Origin: Candidatus Brennerbacteria bacterium | GTDB taxonomy: Bacteria > Patescibacteriota > Minisyncoccia > UBA6257 > GWB1-50-10 | Length of the DNA: 64,000 nucleotides | Direction of reading: 5' to 3' | Assembly (NCBI GenBank): GCA_043799565.1 | Contig: JAZDNP010000008.1 | Span: 9,553 to 73,552 of the forward strand | Shown here: piece after piece, positions 1-9,418 of the stretch | How positions within the stretch are numbered: position 1 is the first letter of the stretch | How the letters are laid out: every line of letters begins with the position of its first letter | Notes under the pieces: model-generated | What the model saw: the letters and a program-made list of their open reading frames with translations, nothing else | Told to the model about the DNA's origin: nothing | Database searches by the model: none | Program-made: the position numbers and the translations under genes

Positions 1-207
1 AACCCGTACCGGCGCGCAAGAAGCTCTGCCTGCGTCCCCTTCCCCGACCCCGGCGGACCGTACAATATCACCGCTTGTTTTTGCATGTTTCCATCATACC
101 ACCACTTATTTCACAAAAACAAAAGCGAGCGCGGCACCTCTGCGAAGAAGGCTAAAGACTTGGCTGTCGGCCCGGAGACAGCCTGATGAGTAGAGATGAC
201 GCGTGAG

Positions 208-1479
208 TTAAAAAATTCCCTCGTATTCCCGGACGGTGAGCTGGCTCTCCACCTGCTTCATTACTTCAAGCGCAACCGCAACCACAATGAGGAGCGCGGT
301 GCCACCGATAGTCAAGGCCTGAATACCCGTCACAATCTGCGTGAGGTTCGGCAAGATTGCAATGATCCCCAAGAAGAGGGCGCCGAAAAATGTCGTGCGG
401 TGCACCACCTTCCCGATGGCGGCCGTGGTCTGCTCGCCGGGGCGGATGCCGGGAATAAATCCCCCGCTCTTTTGAAGGTTCTTCGCTATTTCCTCTGGGT
501 CAAATGTTACTGCGGTGTAGAAATACGTGAAGAGCACCACAAGAACGAAGTAGAGCGCGCTGTATGCCACGATGTTCCCTAGAAACTGATTTACAAGATC
601 ATTCAGGCGGATGGAGAGGTCCGGCGAAAAGATAGCCGCCGCTTGCGCCAAAAATTGCGGGAACAGGAGCAAGGAGATGGCAAAGATGATGGGGATAACG
701 CCCGCCTGGTTCACTTTGAGCGGCAAATACGTTTGCGCGCCACCATACATCTTGTTTCCTCTTACCTGCTTCGCGTAGGAAACCGGAATCTTCCGCTCGG
801 CCTCGTTCACGAAAACCACGCCCGCGATGACGACGATCGCGAGGATGACGTACGCGAGGTAAGTCGGAATCATGGAAGGGTCGTAGTTCACCACCGCGGA
901 CATAATGGCCTGCGGAAGTGCCGAAACGATACCCGCGAAGATGAGGAGTGAGATACCGTTTCCAATCTTATATTCCGAGATGAGTTCGCCGAGCCACATA
1001 AGGACGATGCTTCCCGCGGAGACCACGATGACGTTCGTAATGAGCTCAAGCCCTGAAAGTTCGCCGAGCACGCCCTGCGATTTCAAAAGGTTCAAAAATC
1101 CGTACGCTTGAAGTGCCGCGAGGGGCACCGTAAGCCAGCGCGAGATACGGTTAAACTTTGCGCGTCCTTCCGGACCTTCCTCGTAATAATATTTCTTGAG
1201 GTTCGGAAAGATGATGGTCAAAAGCTGCATGATGATAGTCGCCGTAATGTAGGGCGCGACACCGAGCATCATGATGGAGAGCGAATCCAATCCGCCGCCA
1301 GAGAAAATATTCAAGAATCCAAAAAGCTGGTTGGAGCCGAAAAATTCCTCCAGCCGAAACGCATCAATGCCGGGAATAGGAATTGCCGCGAGCAAGCGGA
1401 ATACAATCAAAAGCCCCAAGACCGAGAGGACCTTCTTCCGAAGGTCCGGTATTTTGAAAATTTGGAGTATGCGCTCCAT
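208..1479 (-). CDS. secY: Preprotein translocase subunit SecY
   Basis: 423-aa 10-TM protein with typical SecY sequence; sits at the end of the spc-type ribosomal-protein cluster after rplO. Confidence 0.93.
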   Translation of the reverse strand: MERILQIFKIPDLRKKVLSVLGLLIVFRLLAAIPIPGIDAFRLEEFFGSNQLFGFLNIFSGGGLDSLSIMMLGVAPYITATIIMQLLTIIFPNLKKYYYEEGPEGRAKFNRISRWLTVPLAALQAYGFLNLLKSQGVLGELSGLELITNVIVVSAGSIVLMWLGELISEYKIGNGISLLIFAGIVSALPQAIMSAVVNYDPSMIPTYLAYVILAIVVIAGVVFVNEAERKIPVSYAKQVRGNKMYGGAQTYLPLKVNQAGVIPIIFAISLLLFPQFLAQAAAIFSPDLSIRLNDLVNQFLGNIVAYSALYFVLVVLFTYFYTAVTFDPEEIAKNLQKSGGFIPGIRPGEQTTAAIGKVVHRTTFFGALFLGIIAILPNLTQIVTGIQALTIGGTALLIVVAVALEVMKQVESQLTVREYEGIF

Positions 1480-1483
1480 ATGC

Positions 1484-1900
1484 CTATTCTACCTTTCCGC
1501 CCGCGGCTTCTATTGCCTTCTTCGCGCTTGCCGAGACCGGCACGCCTTTTACGGTAACCGCACGGGTCATTTTCCCGCCTCCCAAAATCTTCACCTTATC
1601 TTTCGCATGCATAATGAACCCCTGCGCCGCGAGTGCAGCAGGCGTCACATCATTTCCCTTCATCCGCTCAATGTTTTCGAGTGTTACCACCACCGCGCGC
1701 AACGAGAGACGCGAGTGTTTGATACCGCGCAGTTTCGGAAGGCGCTGGATGAGGTCGCGCTCCGCGGGGCGTATCCGGTGCCCTGCACGGGCTCCCTGCC
1801 CCTTTTCACCGCGGCCCGAGGTCTTACCCCGCTTTCCGCCCCGGCCCACACGCTTTTCTTTTTGTCTCCTCAAAAGAGGAGCAAGTTCATGGAGTTGCAT
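1484..1900 (-). CDS. rplO: 50S ribosomal protein L15
   Basis: N-terminus MQLHELAPLLRRQKEKRVGRGGKRGKTSGRG matches L15; the six-frame ORF runs to 2095 but true start is the ATG at 1900, 4 nt after the rpsE stop. Confidence 0.88.
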   Translation of the reverse strand: MQLHELAPLLRRQKEKRVGRGGKRGKTSGRGEKGQGARAGHRIRPAERDLIQRLPKLRGIKHSRLSLRAVVVTLENIERMKGNDVTPAALAAQGFIMHAKDKVKILGGGKMTRAVTVKGVPVSASAKKAIEAAGGKVE

Positions 1901-1904
1901 AGAT

Positions 1905-2417
1905 TTAGGTGGTAGGAGTTTCAACCGGCTTCGCATCGCTCGACATTTTACGAGGGTGGAGCGAGGAGAGCGCCACGAGCGCCGCTCGCGCGTTCGCAAT
2001 CTTGTTCTTCGTACGCCCGGTGGTCTTTGCGGAAACGTCACGGACACCCGCAAGCTCCAAAACGGCACGCGCCGCTGAACCCGCGATGAGTCCATGCCCT
2101 TTGCGCGCCGGCTTCAAGCGGATGCGCGCCGCACCGTACTTCGCGTCAATTTCGTGCGGGATGGTGCGCTGTTCCACGAGCGGTACGAGAATAAGATTCT
2201 TTTCTCCCTGACGCTTCGCCTTTTCAATGGCGCTCATTACGTCCAAACCTTTTCCGATGCCGAAACCAACCTTGCCGCGCATGTCGCCCACTACCACCGA
2301 GGCACGGAAGCTGAACCGCTTGCCGCCGGCCATCACACGCGTCACGCGCCGTACCTCAAGAAGGCGATCCATGTAATCGCTCTTCCGCTTCATCATTGTT
2401 CTGCGTTGCATTGCCAT
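1905..2417 (-). CDS. rpsE: 30S ribosomal protein S5
   Basis: 170 aa, dsRBD-like S5 N-domain and GHGLIAGSAARAVLELAG motif; followed directly by rplO with no rpmD (L30) gene. Confidence 0.92.
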   Translation of the reverse strand: MAMQRRTMMKRKSDYMDRLLEVRRVTRVMAGGKRFSFRASVVVGDMRGKVGFGIGKGLDVMSAIEKAKRQGEKNLILVPLVEQRTIPHEIDAKYGAARIRLKPARKGHGLIAGSAARAVLELAGVRDVSAKTTGRTKNKIANARAALVALSSLHPRKMSSDAKPVETPTT

Positions 2418-2418
2418 A

Positions 2419-2775
2419 TTATATGGAAAGTCCTTCCGCCCGTGCCGCTTCTACGAGCGACTTCACCCGACCATGGTAACGGTACGGGCCACGGTCCGCC
2501 ACCGCCTTCGCGATGCCCGCTTTCTTCGCACGTTCGGCAATGGCTTTTCCCACGAGCGCGGCAACCGGAATTTTTGCGCTCTTCCCATTGAACTCGCGCG
2601 AAGATGCCGCCACGAGCGTTTTCCCCACCACGTCGTCAATGAGCTGGGCGACTGTAAAACGGTTGCTCCTGAACACCGAAAGACGCGGACGCTCGGAGGT
2701 GCCCCTTACCTTCGCCCGCACGCGGAACGCGCGGCGAATTCTTTGGGTTTGAATTGTTGATTTTACTTTTCTCAT
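2419..2775 (-). CDS. rplR: 50S ribosomal protein L18
   Basis: 118 aa; Arg-rich N-terminus and L18 core; position between rplF and rpsE. Confidence 0.9.
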   Translation of the reverse strand: MRKVKSTIQTQRIRRAFRVRAKVRGTSERPRLSVFRSNRFTVAQLIDDVVGKTLVAASSREFNGKSAKIPVAALVGKAIAERAKKAGIAKAVADRGPYRYHGRVKSLVEAARAEGLSI

Positions 2776-2785
2776 GGTTCAAATG

Positions 2786-3379
2786 TTATGCCGTGCCTCC
2801 CGAAGCGGTCGCCGCTTTTTTGCCCGCCTTTCTCTGGACTACCTCGTCGGAATAATGGAAACCTTTCCCCTTGTACGGCTCCGGCTTTTTCATCGCGCGG
2901 ATTTCCGCCGCCACCTGGCCCACCAGCGCCTTATCCGAACCCTTCACGATAAGCGAACCGTTCTTTTCCACCTCAAACGAGATGCCGGGCCTCGCCGCAT
3001 ATTTAATGGGGTGTGAAAATCCGAGCGTCATGGAAAGCCCTTCACCCTCCTTCGCGACACGGAACCCCACACCTTCCAGCATAAGCGTCTTTTGAAATCC
3101 CTTCGTCTGGCCTTCCACCGCGTTCGCAATGAGCGCGCGGAGCGTCCCCCAGTTCGCACGGGATTGTTTCCCGGTGCCCACTATCGCAACCGTGAGCGTG
3201 TTCCCCTCTATCTTCACCTCGGTGCCGGTCAACATGGGAATATAATGCTCCCCTTTCGCTCCTTTCACTTCCACGACGCGGTCCCCGCCCGAACGACTGG
3301 AGTCGTCCGGTCGGGCGGGCACCACTTTTATGGTGACGCCCTCGGGAATGATAATAGGTTGTTTGCCGATTTTACTCAT
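2786..3379 (-). CDS. rplF: 50S ribosomal protein L6
   Basis: 197 aa two-domain L6 (PIIIPEGVTIKV ... GKGFHYSDEVV). Confidence 0.92.
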   Translation of the reverse strand: MSKIGKQPIIIPEGVTIKVVPARPDDSSRSGGDRVVEVKGAKGEHYIPMLTGTEVKIEGNTLTVAIVGTGKQSRANWGTLRALIANAVEGQTKGFQKTLMLEGVGFRVAKEGEGLSMTLGFSHPIKYAARPGISFEVEKNGSLIVKGSDKALVGQVAAEIRAMKKPEPYKGKGFHYSDEVVQRKAGKKAATASGGTA

Positions 3380-3387
3380 GAAAATAA

Positions 3388-3759
3388 TTACCAGATTTCA
3401 AAGAGAAGTTTTCCACCCACTTTTTCCTTCCGCGCCTCGTGCCCCGCGCGAATACCGTTTGGCGTGGTCATGACCAAGAGTCCGTGCCCCTGCTTCACCT
3501 GCTTCACCCTACGATACCCCGCATAGCGCGCCACCGAAGGAGTGCTCTTGAAGCGGACGTCACGGATCGGGCGTTCCACGTTGAAATCAACCTCAATAAT
3601 CTTCTTCGGCGCACGGCCCTTCACTTCCACGTTTTTCAGGAATCCATGACGTGCAAGCACCTCGGCTACTTTGAGGTCCATCACCGTGTACGGCAACTTC
3701 GCCGATTTCTTGCCGGCGCGCCCCGCATTTTTCAGTTGTATAAGAAAATTAATGTACAT
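3388..3759 (-). CDS. rpsH: 30S ribosomal protein S8
   Basis: 123 aa; S8 motifs (TTPNGIRAGHEARKEKVGGKLLFEIW C-terminus). Confidence 0.92.
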   Translation of the reverse strand: MYINFLIQLKNAGRAGKKSAKLPYTVMDLKVAEVLARHGFLKNVEVKGRAPKKIIEVDFNVERPIRDVRFKSTPSVARYAGYRRVKQVKQGHGLLVMTTPNGIRAGHEARKEKVGGKLLFEIW

Positions 3760-3760
3760 A

Positions 3761-3946
3761 TTACCAAGATGCCTTTTTCACTCCAGGAATTTCCCCTTTG
3801 CTCGCGAGCTCGCGGAAGCAGATGCGGCAAAGATTGAAATCGCGCATATACCCGCGTCCTCGCCCGCACCGAAAACAGCGACGTACCACGCGTGTGGAAT
3901 ACTTCGGTTTTTTCTTTGCTCGTGCGATGACTGATGTCTTTGCCAT
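3761..3946 (-). CDS. rpsN: 30S ribosomal protein S14 type Z (zinc-binding)
   Basis: 61 aa with CFRCGR...CRIC (CxxC-x12-CxxC) typical of short S14 type Z; position between rplE and rpsH. Confidence 0.9.
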   Translation of the reverse strand: MAKTSVIARAKKKPKYSTRVVRRCFRCGRGRGYMRDFNLCRICFRELASKGEIPGVKKASW

Positions 3947-3960
3947 GGGTGAGTGTTAAT

Positions 3961-4488
3961 TTAACTCTTTGCGCCTACCTTTTTCAACGGCACGCCGATG
4001 GACTCGTAGAACGCGAACGCGCGCTCACGATCCCTCAGGCGAGGAACCGCCGTAATCTGGAGCCCGAACGATACCTTGGACTTTTCCGGATTGATTTCGG
4101 GAAACACATATTGTTCGCGAAGACCGATGTTCAAATTCCCATGGGTGTCCACGTTGTTTCTATCCAAACCGCGGAAGTCCTTCACACGCGGGAGTACGAT
4201 GCGAATGACCTTCGTCAAGAATTCGCGCATACGCGTACCGCGAAGCGTAATTTGTAGTCCCACCACGTCGCCCTCGCGCGTCTTAAAGCTTGCGACCGCT
4301 TTCTTTGCAGAACGGGGCGCCGCTTTCTGTCCGGTGATGGTCGCGAGTTCTTCCACGATTGCGGGAAGCACTTTTTCCTCGAATTGCGTCATGCTGCGCG
4401 CGCGACCCACCCCGACGTTCACGACGATTTTTGCGAGATCATTGTCCTTGCGAAATGTTTTGGTCATAAGTTTAAATAGTGCTTCCAC
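3961..4488 (-). CDS. rplE: 50S ribosomal protein L5
   Basis: 175 aa L5; conserved position after rplX. Confidence 0.9.
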   Translation of the reverse strand: MEALFKLMTKTFRKDNDLAKIVVNVGVGRARSMTQFEEKVLPAIVEELATITGQKAAPRSAKKAVASFKTREGDVVGLQITLRGTRMREFLTKVIRIVLPRVKDFRGLDRNNVDTHGNLNIGLREQYVFPEINPEKSKVSFGLQITAVPRLRDRERAFAFYESIGVPLKKVGAKS

Positions 4489-4786
4489 AACGACGGCAAA
4501 CCCGCGTGCGCGTGTTTTCGTTCACTTTTACGCCGACTTTCACGCCGCGATTACATTTTGAACAAAAGAGCGCCACCGCACCGAACGGCACCGTGCGCGG
4601 CACGGACACCAAATCTCCTTTCTCGCCCTGACGCTTCGGGCGCACGTGCTTCTTCACGAGATTCGCGCCTTCCACGCTAAGGCGACCACGCGTTGGGCTC
4701 ACATGGAGCACCTTGCCGGACTTCCCACGGTCCTTGCCGCTCCGCATCACGACCGTATCACCTTTTTTTATCTTTATCTTCAACAT
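4472..4786 (-). CDS. rplX: 50S ribosomal protein L24
   Basis: 104 aa KOW-domain protein (KIKKGDTVVMRSGKDRGKSGKV); C-terminus unusually carries CSKC...CRRC (four Cys). Confidence 0.88.
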   Translation of the reverse strand: MLKIKIKKGDTVVMRSGKDRGKSGKVLHVSPTRGRLSVEGANLVKKHVRPKRQGEKGDLVSVPRTVPFGAVALFCSKCNRGVKVGVKVNENTRTRVCRRCGSTI

Positions 4787-4790
4787 GGTC

Positions 4791-5156
4791 TTACACTAAT
4801 TCTTCCGCGAGCGAGGCGATGGTGTCGTACCCTTTTTCTTTTATTTCGCGGGGGATGGGACCGAAGATGCGGGTTCCGCGCGGCTCCTTCTTATCGACCA
4901 AAACTGCGGCGTTGTCGTCAAAGCGCACCACCGTACCGTCTTTCCGGCGAATGGGAGCGCGGCTCCGCACGAGCACACACCGCACGATGTCCTTCTTCTT
5001 CACCTGCTTGCGCGGTTCCGCGGCCTGTACGGACGCCACAAAAATGTCGCCGATGCGCGCATAGCGTTTGCGGCTCCCACCGAGCACCCGGAAACAACGA
5101 ACCGTCTTTGCTCCGGAGTTATCCGCCACTTTCATTATTGAGCGTTCCTGTATCAT
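4791..5156 (-). CDS. rplN: 50S ribosomal protein L14
   Basis: 121 aa starting MIQ..., L14 core (KVADNSGAK...RIFGPIPRE). Confidence 0.93.
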   Translation of the reverse strand: MIQERSIMKVADNSGAKTVRCFRVLGGSRKRYARIGDIFVASVQAAEPRKQVKKKDIVRCVLVRSRAPIRRKDGTVVRFDDNAAVLVDKKEPRGTRIFGPIPREIKEKGYDTIASLAEELV

Positions 5157-5380
5157 ATTTTTTCAACGATTATCCAACGCTTGTCCTTGCTCATCGGCCG
5201 AATTTCTTTGATGAGCACCTTGTCGCCCACGTGATATTTGTTCTCTTCGTCGTGCGCTTTGAAACGCGTGGTAACCTCATACCGCTTCTCGTAGCGGGGA
5301 TGTTCCTTCACCCTCGTGACTTCTACCACGCGGGTCTTCTGCATTTTGTCCGAAATGACGATGCCGGTAAGTGTTCTCAT
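5153..5380 (-). CDS. rpsQ: 30S ribosomal protein S17
   Basis: 75 aa OB-fold S17 ([18 protein letters not shown]...[13 protein letters not shown]). Confidence 0.92.
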   Translation of the reverse strand: MRTLTGIVISDKMQKTRVVEVTRVKEHPRYEKRYEVTTRFKAHDEENKYHVGDKVLIKEIRPMSKDKRWIIVEKI

Positions 5381-5383
5381 AGA

Positions 5384-5584
5384 TTATTGATTCGCACGCT
5401 CTTTAAGAAGCGTGTGGAGCTGTGCCACGCTTTTCTTCACGTCACGAATTTCGCGTATATTCTTCACTTTGCCCGCCACCAAGTCAAACTGGAGCGCTTC
5501 TTTGCGGCTCTCCAATATGCGGATTTCCTTCGTGATATCCTCCACGCTTTTCCCCCGACTGGTGGTGAGTTCTTTCTTTTTCAT
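5384..5584 (-). CDS. rpmC: 50S ribosomal protein L29
   Basis: 66 aa helical L29-like; position between rplP and rpsQ. Confidence 0.85.
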   Translation of the reverse strand: MKKKELTTSRGKSVEDITKEIRILESRKEALQFDLVAGKVKNIREIRDVKKSVAQLHTLLKERANQ

Positions 5585-5588
5585 AGTT

Positions 5589-6002
5589 CTAATTTTTCAT
5601 GACGAAGCGGGTGCCGACCGGCAATTTGAACCCCGCACGTTTCAGCGCCGCGCGTGCGACCTCTTCCTTCACGCCGTCCACTTCAAAAAGCATGCGGCCG
5701 GGCTTCACGGGGAACACGTAGTGGTCCACGTCTCCCTTACCGCCTCCCAAGGTGACCTCCGGCGGAAGTTTTGTAATCGGCTTGTCGGGGAATATACGAA
5801 TCCACATCTTTCCTTCCTTTGCGAGTTGGTGACTGATGGCTTTGCGTGCCGCCTCTATCTGGTTTGACGTCACCCATGATGCCGAGGTCGCCTGGAGCCC
5901 ATAGCGCCCATACCCAAGCGTAACGCCGCGCGTTTCCACCAAGCGGCGGCGCGAGCGTCCTTTCTGCTGTTTACGAAACTTTTGTTTCTTAGGTTGCAAC
6001 AT
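5589..6002 (-). CDS. rplP: 50S ribosomal protein L16
   Basis: 137 aa (MLQPKKQKFRKQQKGR...) canonical L16 N-terminus. Confidence 0.93.
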   Translation of the reverse strand: MLQPKKQKFRKQQKGRSRRRLVETRGVTLGYGRYGLQATSASWVTSNQIEAARKAISHQLAKEGKMWIRIFPDKPITKLPPEVTLGGGKGDVDHYVFPVKPGRMLFEVDGVKEEVARAALKRAGFKLPVGTRFVMKN

Positions 6003-6012
6003 AATTCAAATA

Positions 6013-6705
6013 TTATCGCGTGCGCGACTGCGACTCATCCTTCTTCTCGAAAATATCGCCTTTGTAAATCCACACCTTCACGCCGACCGTGCCGTAGGTG
6101 TTGAACGACGTTGCTTCACCATAATCCACATTCGCACGGAGCGTTTGGAGCGGCATGCGTCCCTTCGCGAGCCAGTCGTTCCGTGAGATTTCTGCGCCGT
6201 TCAAACGGCCCGAAAGCCGGACTTTCGCGCCCAATACCTCGCGATTTTGCATGAGAAGCTCGAGCGTGCGCTTCATGGCGCGGCGGTACGGCAACCGCTT
6301 CTCAATATCGAACGCCATCTGCTGTGCGGTCACCGCGGCCGACACCTCCGAGCGTTTTAGCTCCTCAATGTTCAAATTGACCACGACCGGTCCTGCGATT
6401 TTCGCGGCAAGGCGATATTTCTTTATTTCCTGCACCAATCCATTTCGAAGGTCGTCTATCCCCTTCCCTCCGCGCCCGATGATAAGACCGGGGCGGCCGG
6501 CACGGATGGCAACACGAAGCGCGTCCGACGTCCGCTCAATCTCAATGCCCGCAATGCCCGCTTGGAGCACTTTGCTTCGGAGATATTCTCGGATGCGGAA
6601 ATCCTCCTCAAGGAAGTACCGGAGGCTCTTTTTGAAGAACCAGCGGTTCTGCCACGGAAGTGTGATGCCGATACGAAATGCGTTTGGTTTTACTTTTTGT
6701 CCCAT
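6013..6705 (-). CDS. rpsC: 30S ribosomal protein S3
   Basis: 230 aa; KH domain (GRGGKGID) and S3 C-domain. Confidence 0.93.
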   Translation of the reverse strand: MGQKVKPNAFRIGITLPWQNRWFFKKSLRYFLEEDFRIREYLRSKVLQAGIAGIEIERTSDALRVAIRAGRPGLIIGRGGKGIDDLRNGLVQEIKKYRLAAKIAGPVVVNLNIEELKRSEVSAAVTAQQMAFDIEKRLPYRRAMKRTLELLMQNREVLGAKVRLSGRLNGAEISRNDWLAKGRMPLQTLRANVDYGEATSFNTYGTVGVKVWIYKGDIFEKKDESQSRTR

Positions 6706-6710
6706 AGTTT

Positions 6711-7223
6711 TTATACCGCTTTCCTGCGGAAGAAGCGCTGTGCAAAACCTTTCTTTTCCACCTCCTTCTTCTCCTCACGGGCGTGGGTCTCTTCGTGCGC
6801 TTCAGGTTTCGGTTTCCTTTTTTTCTTCTCCTCCGTCTGTTTCTTCACGGGTTTCCGCACGGTGAAGCGCGAAGCTTTCGGCGTCGCGAGCGCTTCAAGA
6901 ATGATGGAAACATGACTTGTCTTCCGCTCGATAGGGCTCATGGCGCCGCGCGCGCGGGGCATCCAGCGCGTTGATTTTGGACCCTGGTCCACCCGTATCT
7001 CCTTTATGAAAAGTGCGTCCGCTTCTTTCTTCATCACCTGCTTTGCATTCGCGGTTGCGGAACGGAGCAGTTTCAAAAGTGGAGTTGCGGCGCGGCGGGG
7101 CAAAAGCAAAAGCTGTGCTTCCGCTTCGGTGACCGGAAGTCCGCGAATAACATCCACCACCGCACGCGTCTTTCGGGGCGCGATGTGAAGATAACGAAGT
7201 TGTGCTTTTGCTTGGGGTTCCAT
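6711..7223 (-). CDS. rplV: 50S ribosomal protein L22 with Lys/Glu-rich C-terminal extension
   Basis: L22 core in first ~115 aa; ~55-aa KKQTEEKKKRKPKPEAHEE... tail. Confidence 0.9.
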   Translation of the reverse strand: MEPQAKAQLRYLHIAPRKTRAVVDVIRGLPVTEAEAQLLLLPRRAATPLLKLLRSATANAKQVMKKEADALFIKEIRVDQGPKSTRWMPRARGAMSPIERKTSHVSIILEALATPKASRFTVRKPVKKQTEEKKKRKPKPEAHEETHAREEKKEVEKKGFAQRFFRRKAV

Positions 7224-7232
7224 AGTTCGTGA

Positions 7233-7568
7233 CTATTTTTTCGCGGGTGCCGCGGTGGGACCTGCCGCCGGTTTTGCCGTCGCTGCAGTGGACGCTTCAA
7301 GCTCGCGCTGCATTTTACCGCCGTGCTTCGTAAATTTGCGTGTCGGTGAAAATTCTCCCAAACGGTGGCCTACCATGTCCTCGGAAGCGGAAACAGAAAT
7401 GAAGTCCTTACCGTTGTGCACCTGGAACGTGAAACCAACCATTTCCGGCGCAATCTGAGAATCCCGCGACCATGTTTTCACGGGTGCGGCATCGTTCGGG
7501 TTTTTCCCGGCGATTTTCTCCAGAAGTTTGGGGTCCGTCCAAGGACCTTTGCGAAGTGGGCGTGTCAT
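7233..7568 (-). CDS. rpsS: 30S ribosomal protein S19 with Ala/Pro-rich C-terminal tail
   Basis: S19 core (KGPW...HNGKDFISV...GHRLGEF) plus AATAKPAAGPTAAPAKK tail. Confidence 0.92.
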   Translation of the reverse strand: MTRPLRKGPWTDPKLLEKIAGKNPNDAAPVKTWSRDSQIAPEMVGFTFQVHNGKDFISVSASEDMVGHRLGEFSPTRKFTKHGGKMQRELEASTAATAKPAAGPTAAPAKK

Positions 7569-7569
7569 A

Positions 7570-8397
7570 TTATTTAGTGCGGCGTTTTACGATAAGCGCG
7601 TTGGACCATTTCTTTTTGTTACGGGTCTTCCGGCCACCCGTGATATTACCCCATTTATCCTTCGGACGCTTGGTACCACGCTGGGTGCTCCCTTCACCAC
7701 CTCCGTATTTGTGGTCACGGGGGTTCATCGCCTTTGCGCGCGTGGTGGGGCGGATGCCGAGCCAACGGGAACGGCCCGCTTTGCCGATAACCACGAGCGA
7801 ATGCTCGGGATTGGAAACCTGGCCTACCGACGCATATCCGTTCCAAAAAACCTTACGGACCTCTCCGGACGACATCTTAAGATGAGTGTAACCGTCCTCG
7901 TTCGCAAGCACCTGGAGCGACGTACCCGCGCTTCGCGCAATGGAGCCGCCGCGGCCGGGAAAAATCTCCACGTTGTGCACGAACGTTCCCACGGGAACAT
8001 TTTTCAGTTGCAAACGATTTCCCGTCTTCAAAGGCGCTTCGGGCGCGGTAACAATCTCGTCCTTCACCTTCAGACCCTCGGGAGCAATGATATAGCGCCG
8101 CTCGCCATCTTTATAGATGACACGGGCGATGAACGCCGTGCGGTAGGGGTCATATTCTAGATGCTCCACGCGCGCGGGAATGTTCAACTTCTCCATCTTA
8201 AAGTCAACGGTGCGGTAAAGCTTTTTGTTGCCGCCGCCCTGATGGCGCATGGTGATGCGGCCATGGTGGTTGCGACCCGCGTGGGATTTCAGCCGTTTGG
8301 TAAGCGATTTCACGGGTTCGGAAGCGGTGAGACCGCGATAGTCCGTGCCCTGCATGTGGCGCCGCGAAGACGTGGTGGGTTTATAAATCTTAATCAT
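7570..8397 (-). CDS. rplB: 50S ribosomal protein L2
   Basis: 275 aa; L2 signature GRNHHGRITMRHQGGG and C-terminal basic tail. Confidence 0.95.
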   Translation of the reverse strand: MIKIYKPTTSSRRHMQGTDYRGLTASEPVKSLTKRLKSHAGRNHHGRITMRHQGGGNKKLYRTVDFKMEKLNIPARVEHLEYDPYRTAFIARVIYKDGERRYIIAPEGLKVKDEIVTAPEAPLKTGNRLQLKNVPVGTFVHNVEIFPGRGGSIARSAGTSLQVLANEDGYTHLKMSSGEVRKVFWNGYASVGQVSNPEHSLVVIGKAGRSRWLGIRPTTRAKAMNPRDHKYGGGEGSTQRGTKRPKDKWGNITGGRKTRNKKKWSNALIVKRRTK

Positions 8398-8399
8398 GG

Positions 8400-8786
8400 C
8401 TATTTAATATCTATCTTTGCTCCCGAGACGAGCGTGACGTGCGCTTTCTTTCCCACCTCTCCTTCGTGCCACCGGCCGCGAAAAAAACGGAACGCATCGT
8501 GATTGCGCACAATATTCACTCTTTTTACCTTCACTTTATAGCGGCGCTCCACTTCTTCCTTCACGAGCGTTTTATTTGCATCGTCCCGCACCAAAAACAC
8601 ATAGGTTCCACCCTGCTCCAGTCGGCTCGCTTTTTCGCTCGCGTGAGGAGCAATAAGCACTCGGCGGGCACTCGTAGGATGCAGAATCTTCGGCTCCACG
8701 GACGCTGAAACCGCTGCCGCTTCCGCCGGTTTTTTCTCCGCTACTTTTTTCGTTTTCTTTGAAAATATTCCCATAGGTTTATCCAA
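8400..8786 (-). CDS. rplW: 50S ribosomal protein L23 with N-terminal extension
   Basis: C-terminal ~90 aa are L23-like; ~35-aa K/A-rich N-extension; 8-bp overlap with rplD. Confidence 0.85.
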   Translation of the reverse strand: MDKPMGIFSKKTKKVAEKKPAEAAAVSASVEPKILHPTSARRVLIAPHASEKASRLEQGGTYVFLVRDDANKTLVKEEVERRYKVKVKRVNIVRNHDAFRFFRGRWHEGEVGKKAHVTLVSGAKIDIK

Positions 8787-9414
8787 GCCGCTTTTTCAAA
8801 ACATCCAACGCTTTTTTCTCAATGAGGAGCGCGCGGTGCGCCATGCAGGCGTAGGTGTGGAGATCAGCGGCGCTGATGGTATCCACTTTCTGGATGTTGC
8901 GGCCTGCACGTACGAGCGCCGCATCCGGTTTCGCCGAGACAAGAAGCGCCGAAGCGTTCCCCTTCGCTGTAAAGAGTTTGAGAAGCGCCACTACCGCTTT
9001 GGTTTTTGGCGCGGAAGGCGTGAGCGATTCCACCACCGACACTTCGCCGTCCTTCCACTTTTTGGAAAGCACCGAGCGGAGGGCCGCACGTTTCATTCCG
9101 TCGTTCACTTTTTTTGAAAAATCCCTCTCCGTAAGCGGCCCGTGGGTCACGCCACCGCCGCGCCACAAAGGACTCCGTGTTGAACCGTGCCGCGAACGGC
9201 CCGTGTGCTTCTGTTTCCACGGCTTCTTACCACCGCCCGATACTTCGCTCCGGTCTTTCGCGTGCGCTACCGTGTTCCGCTGATTCGCGAGAAACGCGGT
9301 GACCACCTGATGCACCGTACGCGGCGTCCACGCTGCGCCAAACACGCGGGAGGAAAGTTCCACCGTTCCAACCTTCTCACGCACCTGATTAAAAACGTCC
9401 GCCACGATTGCCAT
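8779..9414 (-). CDS. rplD: 50S ribosomal protein L4
   Basis: 211 aa; L4 motif GGGKKPWKQKHTGRSRHGSTRSPLWRGGGVTHGP. Confidence 0.93.
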   Translation of the reverse strand: MAIVADVFNQVREKVGTVELSSRVFGAAWTPRTVHQVVTAFLANQRNTVAHAKDRSEVSGGGKKPWKQKHTGRSRHGSTRSPLWRGGGVTHGPLTERDFSKKVNDGMKRAALRSVLSKKWKDGEVSVVESLTPSAPKTKAVVALLKLFTAKGNASALLVSAKPDAALVRAGRNIQKVDTISAADLHTYACMAHRALLIEKKALDVLKKRLG

Positions 9415-9418
9415 ACCG

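Noticed and set aside
160-181. Hairpin GGCTGTC-N8-GACAGCC just downstream of secY on the minus strand
   Set aside because: No U-tract follows on the minus strand, so it is weak as an intrinsic terminator and was not listed as a feature.
196-582. Plus-strand 128-aa ORF (and many similar ones through 1..16800, e.g. 643..951, 1614..2078, 6155..6865, 10267..11199, 14970..15572)
   Set aside because: They lie antisense to, or out of frame with, strongly supported ribosomal-protein, EF and SecY genes. They are Arg/Ser/Pro-rich shadow ORFs typical of high-GC DNA.
1900-2095. N-terminal 65 codons of the ORF-track L15 (1484..2095)
   Set aside because: This extension overlaps the rpsE coding sequence. 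L15 homology starts at the internal Met (1900), right after the rpsE stop.
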